The notes under the pieces are model-generated. The model saw only the letters and a list, made by a program, of their open reading frames with translations. It did no database searches and had not been told where the DNA came from. Both the position numbers and the translations under genes were made by a program. Positions 1 through 9,861 of a DNA stretch of 64,000 nucleotides are shown piece by piece. The stretch spans positions 30,278-94,277 of the forward strand of contig JAWBQR010000007.1 of the NCBI GenBank assembly GCA_038845265.1, in the 5' to 3' direction. Position 1 is the stretch's first letter. Each line of letters opens with the position of its first letter. Source of the stretch: Nitrososphaerota archaeon (lineage in GTDB: Archaea > Thermoproteota > Nitrososphaeria_A > Caldarchaeales > Calditenuaceae).

Positions 1-611
1 CCCATAACGTCTCCATAATATGGCAGACCGTAGAGTTTCCCCTCGAAGGTCATTGCTTCTAGCGCGCCAGGCGAGATTTCCTCTTTATACATCTTAATTT
101 TATCTGATGGTGCTACGTCTTCGATTGGTACAAGCCAGCCAGCCGATGCCCAACCTACAAACTCACCATCCCGCACGTAACAGACATCAATTTCTTTCTC
201 ACCCGTAAAGTTTGCAACCATCTGAGCAGTATATCCAGCAGTGGGCAGAACCATAAGCTCAGTTGGATAACCATAGTATGTTGAGAAGAACTTTAGATTT
301 GACTCTACGATATCGGGCCTGTAGGTCCATGCTGCCAGTGTTAGTTTTGGAAGGGGCTTACCGGGAGCGCCGGCAGTAACTGTCACTGTCTCTCTTTCTT
401 TGACGGTTGTGGTGGACATCTGCGTCAAAGTAGTCGTCGCCATTCCCACCGTCTCTGTTTTCGTTACTGTTCTTTCTATGGGAGCTTGAACTGTACTAGC
501 GCCGGCAAGATATCCCCCTACACCTGCTATAACACCAGAAACCACTACTCCAGTTATTACTTTGCCAGCTGTAGAAAGTGCCTTCCTTCTAGTAATGTTT
601 ACTTTTCCCAT
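1..611 (-). CDS. ABC transporter extracellular solute-binding protein, Tat-type signal (runs off window start)
   Basis: Manual translation from ATG at 611: MGKVNITRRKALSTAGKVITGVVVSGVIAGVGGYLAG, then a Thr-rich linker; same architecture as 55647..57266. Confidence 0.8.
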   Translation of the reverse strand, partial: MGKVNITRRKALSTAGKVITGVVVSGVIAGVGGYLAGASTVQAPIERTVTKTETVGMATTTLTQMSTTTVKERETVTVTAGAPGKPLPKLTLAAWTYRPDIVESNLKFFSTYYGYPTELMVLPTAGYTAQMVANFTGEKEIDVCYVRDGEFVGWASAGWLVPIEDVAPSDKIKMYKEEISPGALEAMTFEGKLYGLPYYGDVM

Positions 612-753
612 AGCGCTAAATATAGTTAATTTGTTGTATATAAATTTATAAAAATTACATAATCATTAATTTTTATAATTGCGGTCTTTATGGTTTTGTC
701 GCGGTTCTGATTCGGACAAAGCCAGATATATACTCCTATGGCATGTATTGCTT

Positions 754-1539
754 ATGAGTGTTGGTAAGAGTTTGTCGGATAAAGGATGGATAATACTGAC
801 TGTCGTTCCGCTGGCAGCTATAATCATGGCGACGATTCTTGCGTATGGCGCATTGACGAGCGCTGCGCCTCTCGAGGTGCAGAATACTGAAAGTACGCAG
901 GTTGCTGAGCAGCATACATTGACAGTTGTCGGAGTTGGCACGGTCAAGATTAGGCCGGACGTAGCGATGATTTATTTAGGCGTCGAGACTAGAGCGCCAG
1001 AAGCTTCTGAGGCTGCCCAGAAGAACGCCGCGATTATGTCCGCAGTCATTGATGAGCTGACAAGCCTCGGAATCGAGGAGCGAGACCTGAGAACCGCCTA
1101 CCTCGCGATTTATCCAGACATCAAGTGTGACAGTAATGGTTGCGTCCAGGTCGGCTATGTCGCAACGAACACCATAGAGGTATCATTGCGGGGAGATAAG
1201 ATGATTCTCGCATCAAGCGTCATTGATAGAGCAGTGAAAGCGGGAGCGAACTTGGTCTCGGGCGTGACATTCACGCTCTCGGACGAGCTACAGGAAGAGA
1301 TCAGTGACCAAGCGCTTAGCAAGGCAATAGCCGATGCGCAGGCAAAGGCAAAGAAGGTTACAGAGCCTCTCGGCCTGAAGATTCTTGGCGTTGATAGTGT
1401 ATCATTGATGTGGCAGTCAATGCCAATACCATACCCACTTAGGGGAGAGGCAGTCAGCACTATCGATAAGGGAATGGCTGTGTTCCCAGGCGAATCTACC
1501 TACACAGTCCAAGTCCAGATCGTCTATATAATTGGATAA
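754..1539 (+). CDS. SIMPL (DUF541) domain protein
   Basis: N-terminal TM; LTVVGVGTVKIRPDVA, GYVATNTIEV and ALSKAIADAQAKA motifs; start placed at ATG 754. Confidence 0.85.
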   Translation: MSVGKSLSDKGWIILTVVPLAAIIMATILAYGALTSAAPLEVQNTESTQVAEQHTLTVVGVGTVKIRPDVAMIYLGVETRAPEASEAAQKNAAIMSAVIDELTSLGIEERDLRTAYLAIYPDIKCDSNGCVQVGYVATNTIEVSLRGDKMILASSVIDRAVKAGANLVSGVTFTLSDELQEEISDQALSKAIADAQAKAKKVTEPLGLKILGVDSVSLMWQSMPIPYPLRGEAVSTIDKGMAVFPGESTYTVQVQIVYIIG

Positions 1540-1560
1540 AACAATCTCAATTTTTATTTT

Positions 1561-2241
1561 TTAATAATTCAAGTCTTCTACTATTTTTTGTTCTATTAAT
1601 TCTACTCCTCGGCTTGTCCCTATCCTCGTAGCCCCCGCCTCTACAAGCCTTACTGCGTCTTCAATTCTCTTGATGCCTCCTGAAGCCTTTATCCCAATTG
1701 ACGGCCCAGCTAGCTTTCTGATCAATCTAACATCTTCTACTGTTGCTCCTCCCTTGTTTATTCCGTATCCAGTCGATGTCTTTATGTGGCTTGCTCCTGC
1801 CTTTACCGCTATCTTTATGGCCTCTACTTTCTCTTCCTCGGTGAGGTCCGATGTCTCAAGTATTACTTTGACCGGCCTCTTTCCAGCTGCTCTGATAACT
1901 GCTCTTATATCCCGCATCACTGCCCTGTAGTCGCCTGACTTTAGCCATGACCTGTTCATGACCATGTCTATCTCGTCCGCGCCATTCTTTACTGCATATC
2001 TCGTCTCCGCTACCTTTGATGCTGTTGGATTATTTCCCCATGGGAATCCAACTACTGCGACCACCTTTACTCCGCTGCCCTTTAATCTATTCTTTGCATG
2101 ATTAACATAGATGGGAGGGACTACGACTGCGTAGAAGTTATACTTTAAGGCCTCTTCGCACAGCCTATCTATGTCTGATGGAAGTGCATTTGGGCTAACG
2201 TTTGTATGCTCAATAATTCTCGCCAAATCTGCGCTATTCAT
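1561..2241 (-). CDS. deoC: deoxyribose-phosphate aldolase
   Basis: VVGFPWG, GADEIDMV, VKVILET, IKTSTG, IKASGGI and RIGTS motifs. Confidence 0.95.
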   Translation of the reverse strand: MNSADLARIIEHTNVSPNALPSDIDRLCEEALKYNFYAVVVPPIYVNHAKNRLKGSGVKVVAVVGFPWGNNPTASKVAETRYAVKNGADEIDMVMNRSWLKSGDYRAVMRDIRAVIRAAGKRPVKVILETSDLTEEEKVEAIKIAVKAGASHIKTSTGYGINKGGATVEDVRLIRKLAGPSIGIKASGGIKRIEDAVRLVEAGATRIGTSRGVELIEQKIVEDLNY

Positions 2242-2248
2242 TAAATGA

Positions 2249-2632
2249 TTATGATGTTAGCCATTTAATTAGTTCTTCCGGATCACTTGTCTCTATTTCT
2301 ACCTCGATGCTTCCTATCGCTGGCTCCTCGTCGAAGTCTAGGATAGATGCTACACCGACGTATGCTGCCTGCTTGCTGAGACGCATAGACACGATGCCCG
2401 GCCTAACGGCCTCTCTCAACAGCCTCGCTGCAGTTGACCTTACCTTCCGTCTCCTCCAATTCTCCTTCACGTATTTTAGTGATGAGATCTCGCTGGACTC
2501 GCCTATGAAGAATCTCCTACCATAAGATTCATTAATCTTAAACTCGACATCGGGGAATATTTTTCTAATCGCTCTTAGGAGCTTTTCTTCGTCCTCTGTA
2601 GGCTTTATCTCTGACCTTATACTTACATGCAT
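2249..2632 (-). CDS. UPF0201/DUF54 putative RNA-binding protein
   Basis: IKPTEDEEK...AIRKIFP N-terminus and LSKQAAYVG motif. Confidence 0.8.
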   Translation of the reverse strand: MHVSIRSEIKPTEDEEKLLRAIRKIFPDVEFKINESYGRRFFIGESSEISSLKYVKENWRRRKVRSTAARLLREAVRPGIVSMRLSKQAAYVGVASILDFDEEPAIGSIEVEIETSDPEELIKWLTS

Positions 2633-2738
2633 CGTCTAGCCATATAGAACATGTTCGGCATTATTGATATAGGTTAGGCCCGGGGAGATGTGGATAATTC
2701 GGCAACATCTTTAATTCATTAATCTAGTCATAATTCAA

Positions 2739-3650
2739 GTGATGAAGCGGAGAAGAGGCGATAAGGCAACATTTCCAGAGAGGGCTCTCTCAAGGTTGCT
2801 TAAGAATAGCCAAGTAGAGCTTCCCCTGACTAGACATAGGCTCATCATTGGAGACTCTAGGAATATGCGTGAAGTGAATGACGACGAGGTCCAATTAATC
2901 ATTACTTCTCCTCCTTATCCAATGGTAGAGATATGGGATGAATTATTTGAAAAGATGGGGTGCAGAACTTATCGCGAGATGCTGGACTATTTGGGAGAAG
3001 TCTGGCATGAGTGTTATCGCGTGCTTTGCAATGGTGGCTATCTATGCATAAACATTGGTGATGCATTAAGAAGGATTAATGGAGCATTCAAGCTTTTTCC
3101 AAATCATGCAGAGGTAATAAAGCAATGCGAGGAGATAGGATTCAATGTCTTGCCATATATCCTGTGGAAAAAGCCGATGAATAGGCCTGACGCATTTCTT
3201 GGCTCTGGGTTTTTGCCCCCAAATGCATATGTAACGCTTGACTGTGAATATATCTTGATTTTTAGGAAAGGGCCGCCGAGGAGGTTTAAACCCCTCGACC
3301 CATATCGATATCTCAGTCACTACAGCAAGGCCGAGAGGGATACGTGGTTCAGCCAGATATGGGATGTGAAGGGCACCAGGCAAGAATCAAAAGACGCTGC
3401 GAGAAGACTCGCGGCCTATCCATACGAGATTCCCTACAGGCTCATAAGGATGTACTCGGTTATCGGCGATACCGTTCTTGACCCCTTCCTAGGCACTGGG
3501 ACAACAATGCTCGCTGCAATGAAGACTCATAGAAACAGCATTGGATACGAGATTGACGCTTCACTACTGCCGCTAATCAATAAAAGACTGCAAGCCAAGT
3601 TAAGAGAAAGGGATGGCGAGCGCCGATTATACGAATTTACCTATCCATAA
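2739..3650 (+). CDS. site-specific DNA methyltransferase (N4-C/N6-A, beta-class order), orphan
   Basis: Catalytic TSPPY near N-terminus; SAM-binding VLDPFLGTGTT near C-terminus. Confidence 0.9.
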   Translation: MMKRRRGDKATFPERALSRLLKNSQVELPLTRHRLIIGDSRNMREVNDDEVQLIITSPPYPMVEIWDELFEKMGCRTYREMLDYLGEVWHECYRVLCNGGYLCINIGDALRRINGAFKLFPNHAEVIKQCEEIGFNVLPYILWKKPMNRPDAFLGSGFLPPNAYVTLDCEYILIFRKGPPRRFKPLDPYRYLSHYSKAERDTWFSQIWDVKGTRQESKDAARRLAAYPYEIPYRLIRMYSVIGDTVLDPFLGTGTTMLAAMKTHRNSIGYEIDASLLPLINKRLQAKLRERDGERRLYEFTYP

Positions 3651-3692
3651 TTTTCACGAATTAATATCAGTACACGACTAATTAATTGTGAA

Positions 3693-4370
3693 TTGCTGGA
3701 TGGATGCTTTGTGGTTGTATGGGAGGGCACGGACGGCTCGGGAAAAACGACGCTGAGACATGAAGTAGAGAAGAGGTTGAGAAGACTTGGATACCGAGTT
3801 GCTTCTTATAAGACGCCGAGCAGAACAGCCACCGGACTCTTCGCTGTAAAGCATGGAAATAAGAGAGGCGTAGACCCGCTTGTCCGGATGCTACTCTTCT
3901 TAGCAAACACGATCGACGACTCAGAGCTCATGATTAAAAGAGTAATGAGCAATATGCCAGATTATTTCTTTATTGATAGATATTATTTATGCTCCATTGT
4001 TTATGGACTTGCATTGCTTAGGAGGAGCGGAAGAGAAGTTCCAGATGTATCTATTGTAGTGGAGATGGTTGAAGGGATGGGGGGTGATAGACTTATCAGG
4101 CCGGACCTCTACATCATCGTAGACGTCGAGGAAGAAGAGAGGCTTAGAAGGATAGCAGGCAAGAAATCAAGGGACAGGACCGTCGAGCACGATACCGAGA
4201 CGCAAAACATCGTGAGAAAAATATATGCAGATTACCGAGAAAAGAATCCTAAGAATACAATCCTAATAATGAATGAGGCTGGAAAGCTCGAGGAGACTGG
4301 AAAATTCATAGCTGATCTCCTGATATCTCTTAGGGATTCCACTCGTCAGGAGCTATCTAAAAACAAATAA
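3693..4370 (+). CDS. tmk: thymidylate kinase
   Basis: EGTDGSGKTT P-loop, IDRYYLCSIVY and PDLYIIVDV motifs. Confidence 0.85.
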   Translation: MLDGCFVVVWEGTDGSGKTTLRHEVEKRLRRLGYRVASYKTPSRTATGLFAVKHGNKRGVDPLVRMLLFLANTIDDSELMIKRVMSNMPDYFFIDRYYLCSIVYGLALLRRSGREVPDVSIVVEMVEGMGGDRLIRPDLYIIVDVEEEERLRRIAGKKSRDRTVEHDTETQNIVRKIYADYREKNPKNTILIMNEAGKLEETGKFIADLLISLRDSTRQELSKNK

Positions 4371-4396
4371 GCATCCAGATAGTCTGAGCTATAGAA

Positions 4397-4822
4397 TTGG
4401 TGAGGTATAGGGTCACGTTAAAGCAGGCCTATGGAGACGTCGAGGTAGAAGGTGAAAGCATAGAAGAGGTCTTAAAAAACCTAGGCAACCTCAAGAAGAT
4501 TGCAGAACAGGTGGGAGAAGCCCTCGGAGTGGAGGCTCCCGGAGAAAAGACGCAGGCACCCGAGGCAGTTGTTAAGGTCAAGCGCAGGAGGGGGAAGTCG
4601 GAGGCCGTAGTAGCGCTGGAAAATATTGAGACACATCTCCTGCCCGGCAAGTTTTTCGCCCAGCCAAGAAGTACTGCGGAGGTTCGGCAGAAGCTAAAAG
4701 AGGTAACTGGAATTACCTTCCAGAGCAGAAAGGTAAGCCAGGCCCTCGGCATACTCTATAAGTCCAACAAGCTTTCAAGGACGGGTACAAAGGGAAACTA
4801 CAAGTATTTTAAGAAGCCTTAA
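4397..4822 (+). CDS. hypothetical protein, possible C-terminal winged helix
   Basis: Compact ORF in operon; C-terminal FFAQPRSTAEVRQKL...LSRTGTKGNYKY. Confidence 0.65.
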   Translation: MVRYRVTLKQAYGDVEVEGESIEEVLKNLGNLKKIAEQVGEALGVEAPGEKTQAPEAVVKVKRRRGKSEAVVALENIETHLLPGKFFAQPRSTAEVRQKLKEVTGITFQSRKVSQALGILYKSNKLSRTGTKGNYKYFKKP

Positions 4823-4876
4823 CAGTGGGAGAATTTATCATTCAGCTCCTGTCTTTTATTTTCGTGGCTGGTAGAG

Positions 4877-5437
4877 TTGTCTCTACGGTGCTTCGTGGCC
4901 TTTGACCTATCTTCTCCAAGCATTGCCGAGAAGATAGCCCTGATACAGAGAGAGCTCGAAAGCCAAGGAATCGACGGCAAGCCAGTCGACCCGGAGATAA
5001 TTCACCTCACACTTCAGTTCCTAGGCGAGATCTCGCCGGAATATGTCAAGACCGTCTCTGAGCAGCTCTCATCAATTGTCTTTAGACCCTTCACTGCTAG
5101 GCTTAAAGGAGTGGGATACTTCCCAGGCGGTGGAAGAATTAATGTGGTTTGGGTAGGCGTCGAGGAGCCGGAGGGCATCCTCTCCCAAGTGCAGAGAGAA
5201 GTATCAACTAGGCTCTCCAAGCTTGGGCTAAGGCCCGACAAAGAGTTCAAGCCCCACGTAACCATTTACAGAGTCAAGTCCGTCAAGAATAAGCCGAGCG
5301 TCCTCTCACTTCTAGAGAAACTAAAGGGACAAGAATTTGGCGAAGTATTCATTGATAAGCTTAAGCTAAAAAAGAGCACACTGACTCCGCAGGGCCCAAT
5401 ATATGAGGACCTACTAGTCGTAGAGGCAAGGAGATAG
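4877..5437 (+). CDS. thpR: RNA 2',3'-cyclic phosphodiesterase (2H family)
   Basis: Two HxT motifs (HLTLQFLG, PHVTI); KSTLTPQGPIYE. Confidence 0.92.
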   Translation: MSLRCFVAFDLSSPSIAEKIALIQRELESQGIDGKPVDPEIIHLTLQFLGEISPEYVKTVSEQLSSIVFRPFTARLKGVGYFPGGGRINVVWVGVEEPEGILSQVQREVSTRLSKLGLRPDKEFKPHVTIYRVKSVKNKPSVLSLLEKLKGQEFGEVFIDKLKLKKSTLTPQGPIYEDLLVVEARR

Positions 5438-5441
5438 AGAA

Positions 5442-5813
5442 CTACTTATTTGTCTTGAGCTTTTCACGTATCTCGTTTCCCTTCTGGAGGACAGTCAGCA
5501 GAGCGTCTATTGCTTTAGAAACTGCTTCGACCTCTTCTAATTCCAATGCCCTCGATAGCCTGACTGTAAGTTCATCTATCTTTGAGACGACTACGTCTTC
5601 AAGCGTGTTGAGTATATATGGATACATTGCCCTCCCCGACTCTGCTTCGTCCTTAACAACTACAACCGGCTTATCACAAGCGACGCACCTCATCTCGCCC
5701 TTAACATCAAATAATGGATTACCACAAACCGGGCATGCCTCAGGCAGCATCTTTGCTCCAGACCTCAGGGCGTCTGCAAGCCTCTTAACCACATCTTCAC
5801 GCCTAGCCGTCAA
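5442..5813 (-). CDS. UPF0148 / SSSCA1-family zinc-ribbon protein
   Basis: LRSGAKMLPEACPVCGNPLF...CVAC. Confidence 0.85.
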   Translation of the reverse strand: MTARREDVVKRLADALRSGAKMLPEACPVCGNPLFDVKGEMRCVACDKPVVVVKDEAESGRAMYPYILNTLEDVVVSKIDELTVRLSRALELEEVEAVSKAIDALLTVLQKGNEIREKLKTNK

Positions 5814-5907
5814 TCTCCATAAAAATAAAGATAGACCCTGCTAAAATACTAAACATAATTTATTTTATAAAAACCTTTTATATAGCTAGCTAAATAATCT
5901 TAATGAA

Positions 5908-6138
5908 ATGACTGTATTGGCATATATTTTGATAAGGACACATGCCGGAAAAGCAAAAAGCGTTGCTGAACAATTATCAAAGATCTCGGGATGCAGAAAC
6001 GTATGCACAGTGACTGGAAGATACGACATCATCATGATGCTAGAGGCGGAGAGCCTAGAGTCCCTTGGAAAACTAGTCGTCGAAACAATACACAAAGTCG
6101 AGGGTATTGAAAGGACTGAGACAGCAATCGTAGTATAA
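5908..6138 (+). CDS. Lrp/AsnC ligand-binding domain protein
   Basis: AYILI...VTGRYDII...GIERTETAIV. Confidence 0.9.
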   Translation: MTVLAYILIRTHAGKAKSVAEQLSKISGCRNVCTVTGRYDIIMMLEAESLESLGKLVVETIHKVEGIERTETAIVV

Positions 6139-6162
6139 ACACAAAAATCAAATTTTTATTTT

Positions 6163-7458
6163 TTACTTCTTGATTATTTCTACTAATGCTTCTCTAGATT
6201 TCTCAAGCGTTATCTTTACGTCTTCTTCGGTGTGGGCCGCACTTATGTGATTTCTCTTTAGGTTCAGTGGAAGCATAAATATCCCCCTTTCTATCATCTT
6301 TTTCCTATATTCAACGAAGAGCTTAGCATCGTTTCGCAGTAGGTCTGTATAGTTCTCAACTGGCGGTTCCATGAAGTACGTGACGAATACTGAGCCAAAG
6401 CCAGTAGTGTAGGCCTTTATTCCAAGCTCCTCAGTCATCTCGCTGAGTCCCTGCCTCATCATCTCGCCGAGCCTAAAGATGTATTCATGAACCTTGCCGT
6501 CCTCTAACTGTTCAATCGTAGCTATACAGGCCGCCAAGCAGAAGGGATGCGCATTGTATGTGCCCGCAAAGAATACGTCTCCACCGGGCCGCGTGTTAAA
6601 CCTATCCATGAGGTCAGCCCGACCACCTATCGCAGCCAATGGATAACCATTAGCCATAGCCTTTCCAAGCGTAGTAAGGTCAGGAATAACATTGACTATT
6701 TTCTGATAGCCGCCTACATGATGCCTAAAGCCAGTTATAACCTCATCAAATATCAGGACAATGTCTTCACGGTCAGCAATCTCTCTCAGGCCTCTTAGAA
6801 AATCTATCTTGGGCAGTACGCAACCAATGTTGTGAGGAATCGGTTCTAGAATTATTGCTGCAATCTCGCCTCGATGCATCTTCACCGTCCTCTCAACTCC
6901 ATCCAAATCGTTAAAGTCTAGAACTATTGTGTTTTCGACTGCTTCTGGAAGCATGCCCGCTGAGAGTGGGTCTTTCTTTCCTATCTTGTCAGGCGCACTA
7001 ATCACATTCATCAATAAGTAGTCATGCCAGCCATGGTAGCATCCCTGAAACTTTATCAACTTCTTACGCCCAGTAACGGCCCTGGCCAGCCTCACTGCGT
7101 GATAAGTCGCCTCGCTGCCCGAGTTGCAAAACAAGACCTTCTCAATGCTCGGCACATGCTTTACAATCAGCTCAGCGGCCCTAATCTCGATCTCCGCCGT
7201 CCCAACACCTATCAGGTCAACCTCACTCATTATCTCCATTACTCTGCGATTAACCTCTGGATTATTATGTCCAAGAATAGGAGGACCAAAGGCTGCATGA
7301 TAATCAATATACTCATTACCATCCGCATCGTAAATTCTTGAACCCCTGGCTTTCGTAAACACGATAGGCGGGTCCAGAATCCTAATAGATGTATTAACAC
7401 CACCCGGAATAAGCCTACATGCCTTCTCGAACAATTCCAATGAACGTGTATTCTTCAT
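6163..7458 (-). CDS. class III aminotransferase, glutamate-1-semialdehyde aminomutase family
   Basis: PGGVN, NSGSEAT, FQGCYHG, LIFDEVITGFR and GKAMANGYP (PLP lysine). Confidence 0.9.
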   Translation of the reverse strand: MKNTRSLELFEKACRLIPGGVNTSIRILDPPIVFTKARGSRIYDADGNEYIDYHAAFGPPILGHNNPEVNRRVMEIMSEVDLIGVGTAEIEIRAAELIVKHVPSIEKVLFCNSGSEATYHAVRLARAVTGRKKLIKFQGCYHGWHDYLLMNVISAPDKIGKKDPLSAGMLPEAVENTIVLDFNDLDGVERTVKMHRGEIAAIILEPIPHNIGCVLPKIDFLRGLREIADREDIVLIFDEVITGFRHHVGGYQKIVNVIPDLTTLGKAMANGYPLAAIGGRADLMDRFNTRPGGDVFFAGTYNAHPFCLAACIATIEQLEDGKVHEYIFRLGEMMRQGLSEMTEELGIKAYTTGFGSVFVTYFMEPPVENYTDLLRNDAKLFVEYRKKMIERGIFMLPLNLKRNHISAAHTEEDVKITLEKSREALVEIIKK

Positions 7459-7554
7459 AAAATATCGAGTAATAATTTAATCAAAAAGATATTTAACAAT
7501 TTCAAGAGGTAAGCGAAGCAGAGCGAGAATTGCTTAGGGCATCATAACTGATTA

Positions 7555-8160
7555 ATGAAGAGCCATATTATGCTTGTGAGGGGAATGTCGGAGAGAGAAG
7601 TGTTAAAGCATTTTAGAAGAAGCATTCCTCTATGGGCTGGAAATAGTATAGAAGTTATTGGAATATTCTTGGGAGCCATTATGCTGTGTCTAGTGAGCCT
7701 CATGTATAATCCACTACTCAGGTTGCTGAGCCTATTTGTTGCATGGCTTTGTTTTTGGTATTTCTCACACTGCCTAGCTCATTATATTGTTGGAAGATTT
7801 CTCGGAGTGAATTATCTATATTATTACTTTGGTAGGTCAAGTCTTATCAAACTTAACCTAAGGCCCATATCTTTCATCATGAAATTTGTCCCAGTACTGG
7901 GAATCAAGATAGACAAAGCCTCATTCAAAAACATTTCAAGGTATAGGAAAGCAGCAACTTATGCTTCTGGCGCATTTGCGTCTATGTTGGCCCCATTAAT
8001 ACCTTTCATATACTCGGCAATCTACTTAGACCTGTTTACGACATTAGCATTCGGTTTTATTACCTTTGGAAACATAATATTCACGCTATACTTTAGTTCT
8101 AAGGTTGGAGATCTCTCTAGAGCCAGAAAAGCTCTACGCCAAGATCAAAACAATCTATGA
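7555..8160 (+). CDS. membrane protein, M50-peptidase-like
   Basis: Several TM helices, HCLAH motif, ASGA and C-terminal GD. Confidence 0.6.
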   Translation: MKSHIMLVRGMSEREVLKHFRRSIPLWAGNSIEVIGIFLGAIMLCLVSLMYNPLLRLLSLFVAWLCFWYFSHCLAHYIVGRFLGVNYLYYYFGRSSLIKLNLRPISFIMKFVPVLGIKIDKASFKNISRYRKAATYASGAFASMLAPLIPFIYSAIYLDLFTTLAFGFITFGNIIFTLYFSSKVGDLSRARKALRQDQNNL

Positions 8161-8246
8161 CTGCATGATTTATCTACAGAGTGGATTTAACCAAGAGTAG
8201 AGCATTATAGAGTTATTAAGGATTTAACTAAACTTGTTTTTGATGC

Positions 8247-9074
8247 GTGTTGGATGTTTGTCTTTTAGCTGTTCAGATGAGATGCGAGTCTGGAAAAATC
8301 GATGAAAATATAGCGAGAGCAGAAAGACTGCTTAATGATTGCAGAGATGTCTTGATGGATAATAGGACGATTATTTGTCTTCCAGAGCTCTTTACGACTG
8401 GTTATAACCTTAGTCGAGAAGAATTCATGAGGATTTCTGAGCCTGTTCCTGGCCCGACCAGTGATAAGCTATGCATATTCGCCCAAGAGGTGGGTGCATA
8501 TGTTTATGCTGGACTGGCTGAGAGAGTTGAGGAAGCGAGGGAAATCTTTGATTCAAGCGTCTTGATTTCTCCTAGTGGTAAACTGATCGCAAAGTATAGG
8601 AAGATTCATCTAGCTGGAGAGTATGAAAAAGAAATTTTTAGTCCTGGAAAGGAGGTTGTCACAGCCTCTACTGATATTGGTCGTCTCGGACTTATGATAT
8701 GTTATGACGTAGTCTTTCCGGAGCTATCTAGGAGCCTCGCATTGCTTGGAAGCGATATTATCCTGCACTGTAGTGCGTGGTATAGTATTCCTCGAGAGAT
8801 GGACTGGGGCGCAAGACACTACAAAACCCTGTTAAACGCTAGGGCGATGGAGAACACAGTATTCATTGTGTCTTCTAATAGAGTTGGAACTGAGGGAAAA
8901 TTCAGCTTTGTAGGTCATTCATGCATAGCCTCGCCTTGGGGAGAAATTCTAGCTGAGAAAAAAGGCGGAGAAGGATGTATCTCAGCAGTCATAAACTTGG
9001 AGATGCTTAAAAAATGCAGAATCATACATCCATGCCTGCAAGAAAGAAAACCCGAGATATACACCCTAAAATAA
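8247..9074 (+). CDS. carbon-nitrogen hydrolase (nitrilase family)
   Basis: Glu-Lys-Cys triad: LPELFTTGY, YRKIHL, ICYDVVFPE. Confidence 0.92.
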   Translation: MLDVCLLAVQMRCESGKIDENIARAERLLNDCRDVLMDNRTIICLPELFTTGYNLSREEFMRISEPVPGPTSDKLCIFAQEVGAYVYAGLAERVEEAREIFDSSVLISPSGKLIAKYRKIHLAGEYEKEIFSPGKEVVTASTDIGRLGLMICYDVVFPELSRSLALLGSDIILHCSAWYSIPREMDWGARHYKTLLNARAMENTVFIVSSNRVGTEGKFSFVGHSCIASPWGEILAEKKGGEGCISAVINLEMLKKCRIIHPCLQERKPEIYTLK

Positions 9075-9127
9075 TGACTGTTTAATAAACAAAGTTAAAA
9101 AGCTCGAGAATAGAAAATAAAATATTG

Positions 9128-9236
9128 GGGGCCGTAGTCTAGCCTGGTCTAGGACACCTGAACAAGGAACCAGTTCAGGACTAAAACCTGGCTTGGGCCC
9201 AGGAGGTCGCCGGTTCAAATCCGGCCGGCCCCACCA
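9128..9236 (+). tRNA. tRNA-Pro(TGG) with 30-nt intron at about position 25/26 (9156-9185), CCA encoded
   Basis: Acceptor GGGGCCG/CGGCCCC, anticodon arm CCTGG-CTTGGGC-CCAGG, T-loop TTCAAAT, 3' ACCA; intron hairpin CCTGAAC/GTTCAGG. Confidence 0.92.
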
Positions 9237-9553
9237 AACTAACTTCTTCACAGAAAAGAAGGAGTTGTGTGAAGATTAAGTTGACGTGATCTGTGAATTG
9301 TGAATATTGTTGATGATTCTGCTCATCGCATCTATGTATTGGTGATGCGGGTATCAGGGTATTAATATAAGGGGTCCTGGAAATTGTTTAGGTATTAGCT
9401 TTTCTCGGCTATTTTTATCAATATTCATCAATTTTTATAATAAAGGTGACTTGAGGAAGGCTAGTGTACTCCTCTCAATATCTAACCATTTGGATTAACT
9501 GTTTCACTGTTTAGACATGAAGTGAATAATTTTGGTTCACAGTTCTCCACAAG

Positions 9554-9573
9554 CTCCAGTGGAAATTGAGGGG
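9554..9573 (+). promoter_or_regulatory. ORB (origin recognition box)
   Basis: CTCCAGTGGAAATTGAGGGG matches the archaeal ORB pattern TCCAGTGGAAA...GGGG. Confidence 0.8.
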
Positions 9574-9726
9574 TTCTTTTTTAAAAGGGTCCTTTAACAA
9601 GTGAAAGACAGTGAAATTATCCTCTTTCATGGCATGAGGGGAAAAAATTGTTTTATGGGTTAATGTTGAAAAAGCTGTGTTTACTTTTAGTAAATTAATG
9701 TTGCCTATACCGATGCATTATTTTTC

Positions 9727-9754
9727 CCCTAGACCCCTATTATTCGATTGGAAG
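9727..9754 (-). promoter_or_regulatory. ORB-like box, inverted
   Basis: Reverse strand reads CTTCCAATCGAATAATAGGGGTCTAGGGG. Confidence 0.65.
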
Positions 9755-9861
9755 TTATTTTCTACCTATTTTCTAGGGAAAAATCAAAATAATAAAAATA
9801 AATTGTAGCATTTTCTCAAAATATTTTTTGTTGAATGTTGTAATAGTTATTTTCCTGTCTA

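Larger units (their letters stand above)
9240..9860. other. putative replication origin (oriC)
   Basis: AT-rich intergenic region upstream of cdc6 with two inverted ORB-like boxes. Confidence 0.8.

Noticed and set aside
9066-9251. 61-aa ORF (and ORFs at 26165..26368 and 26287..26586)
   Set aside because: They are shadow ORFs over tRNA genes
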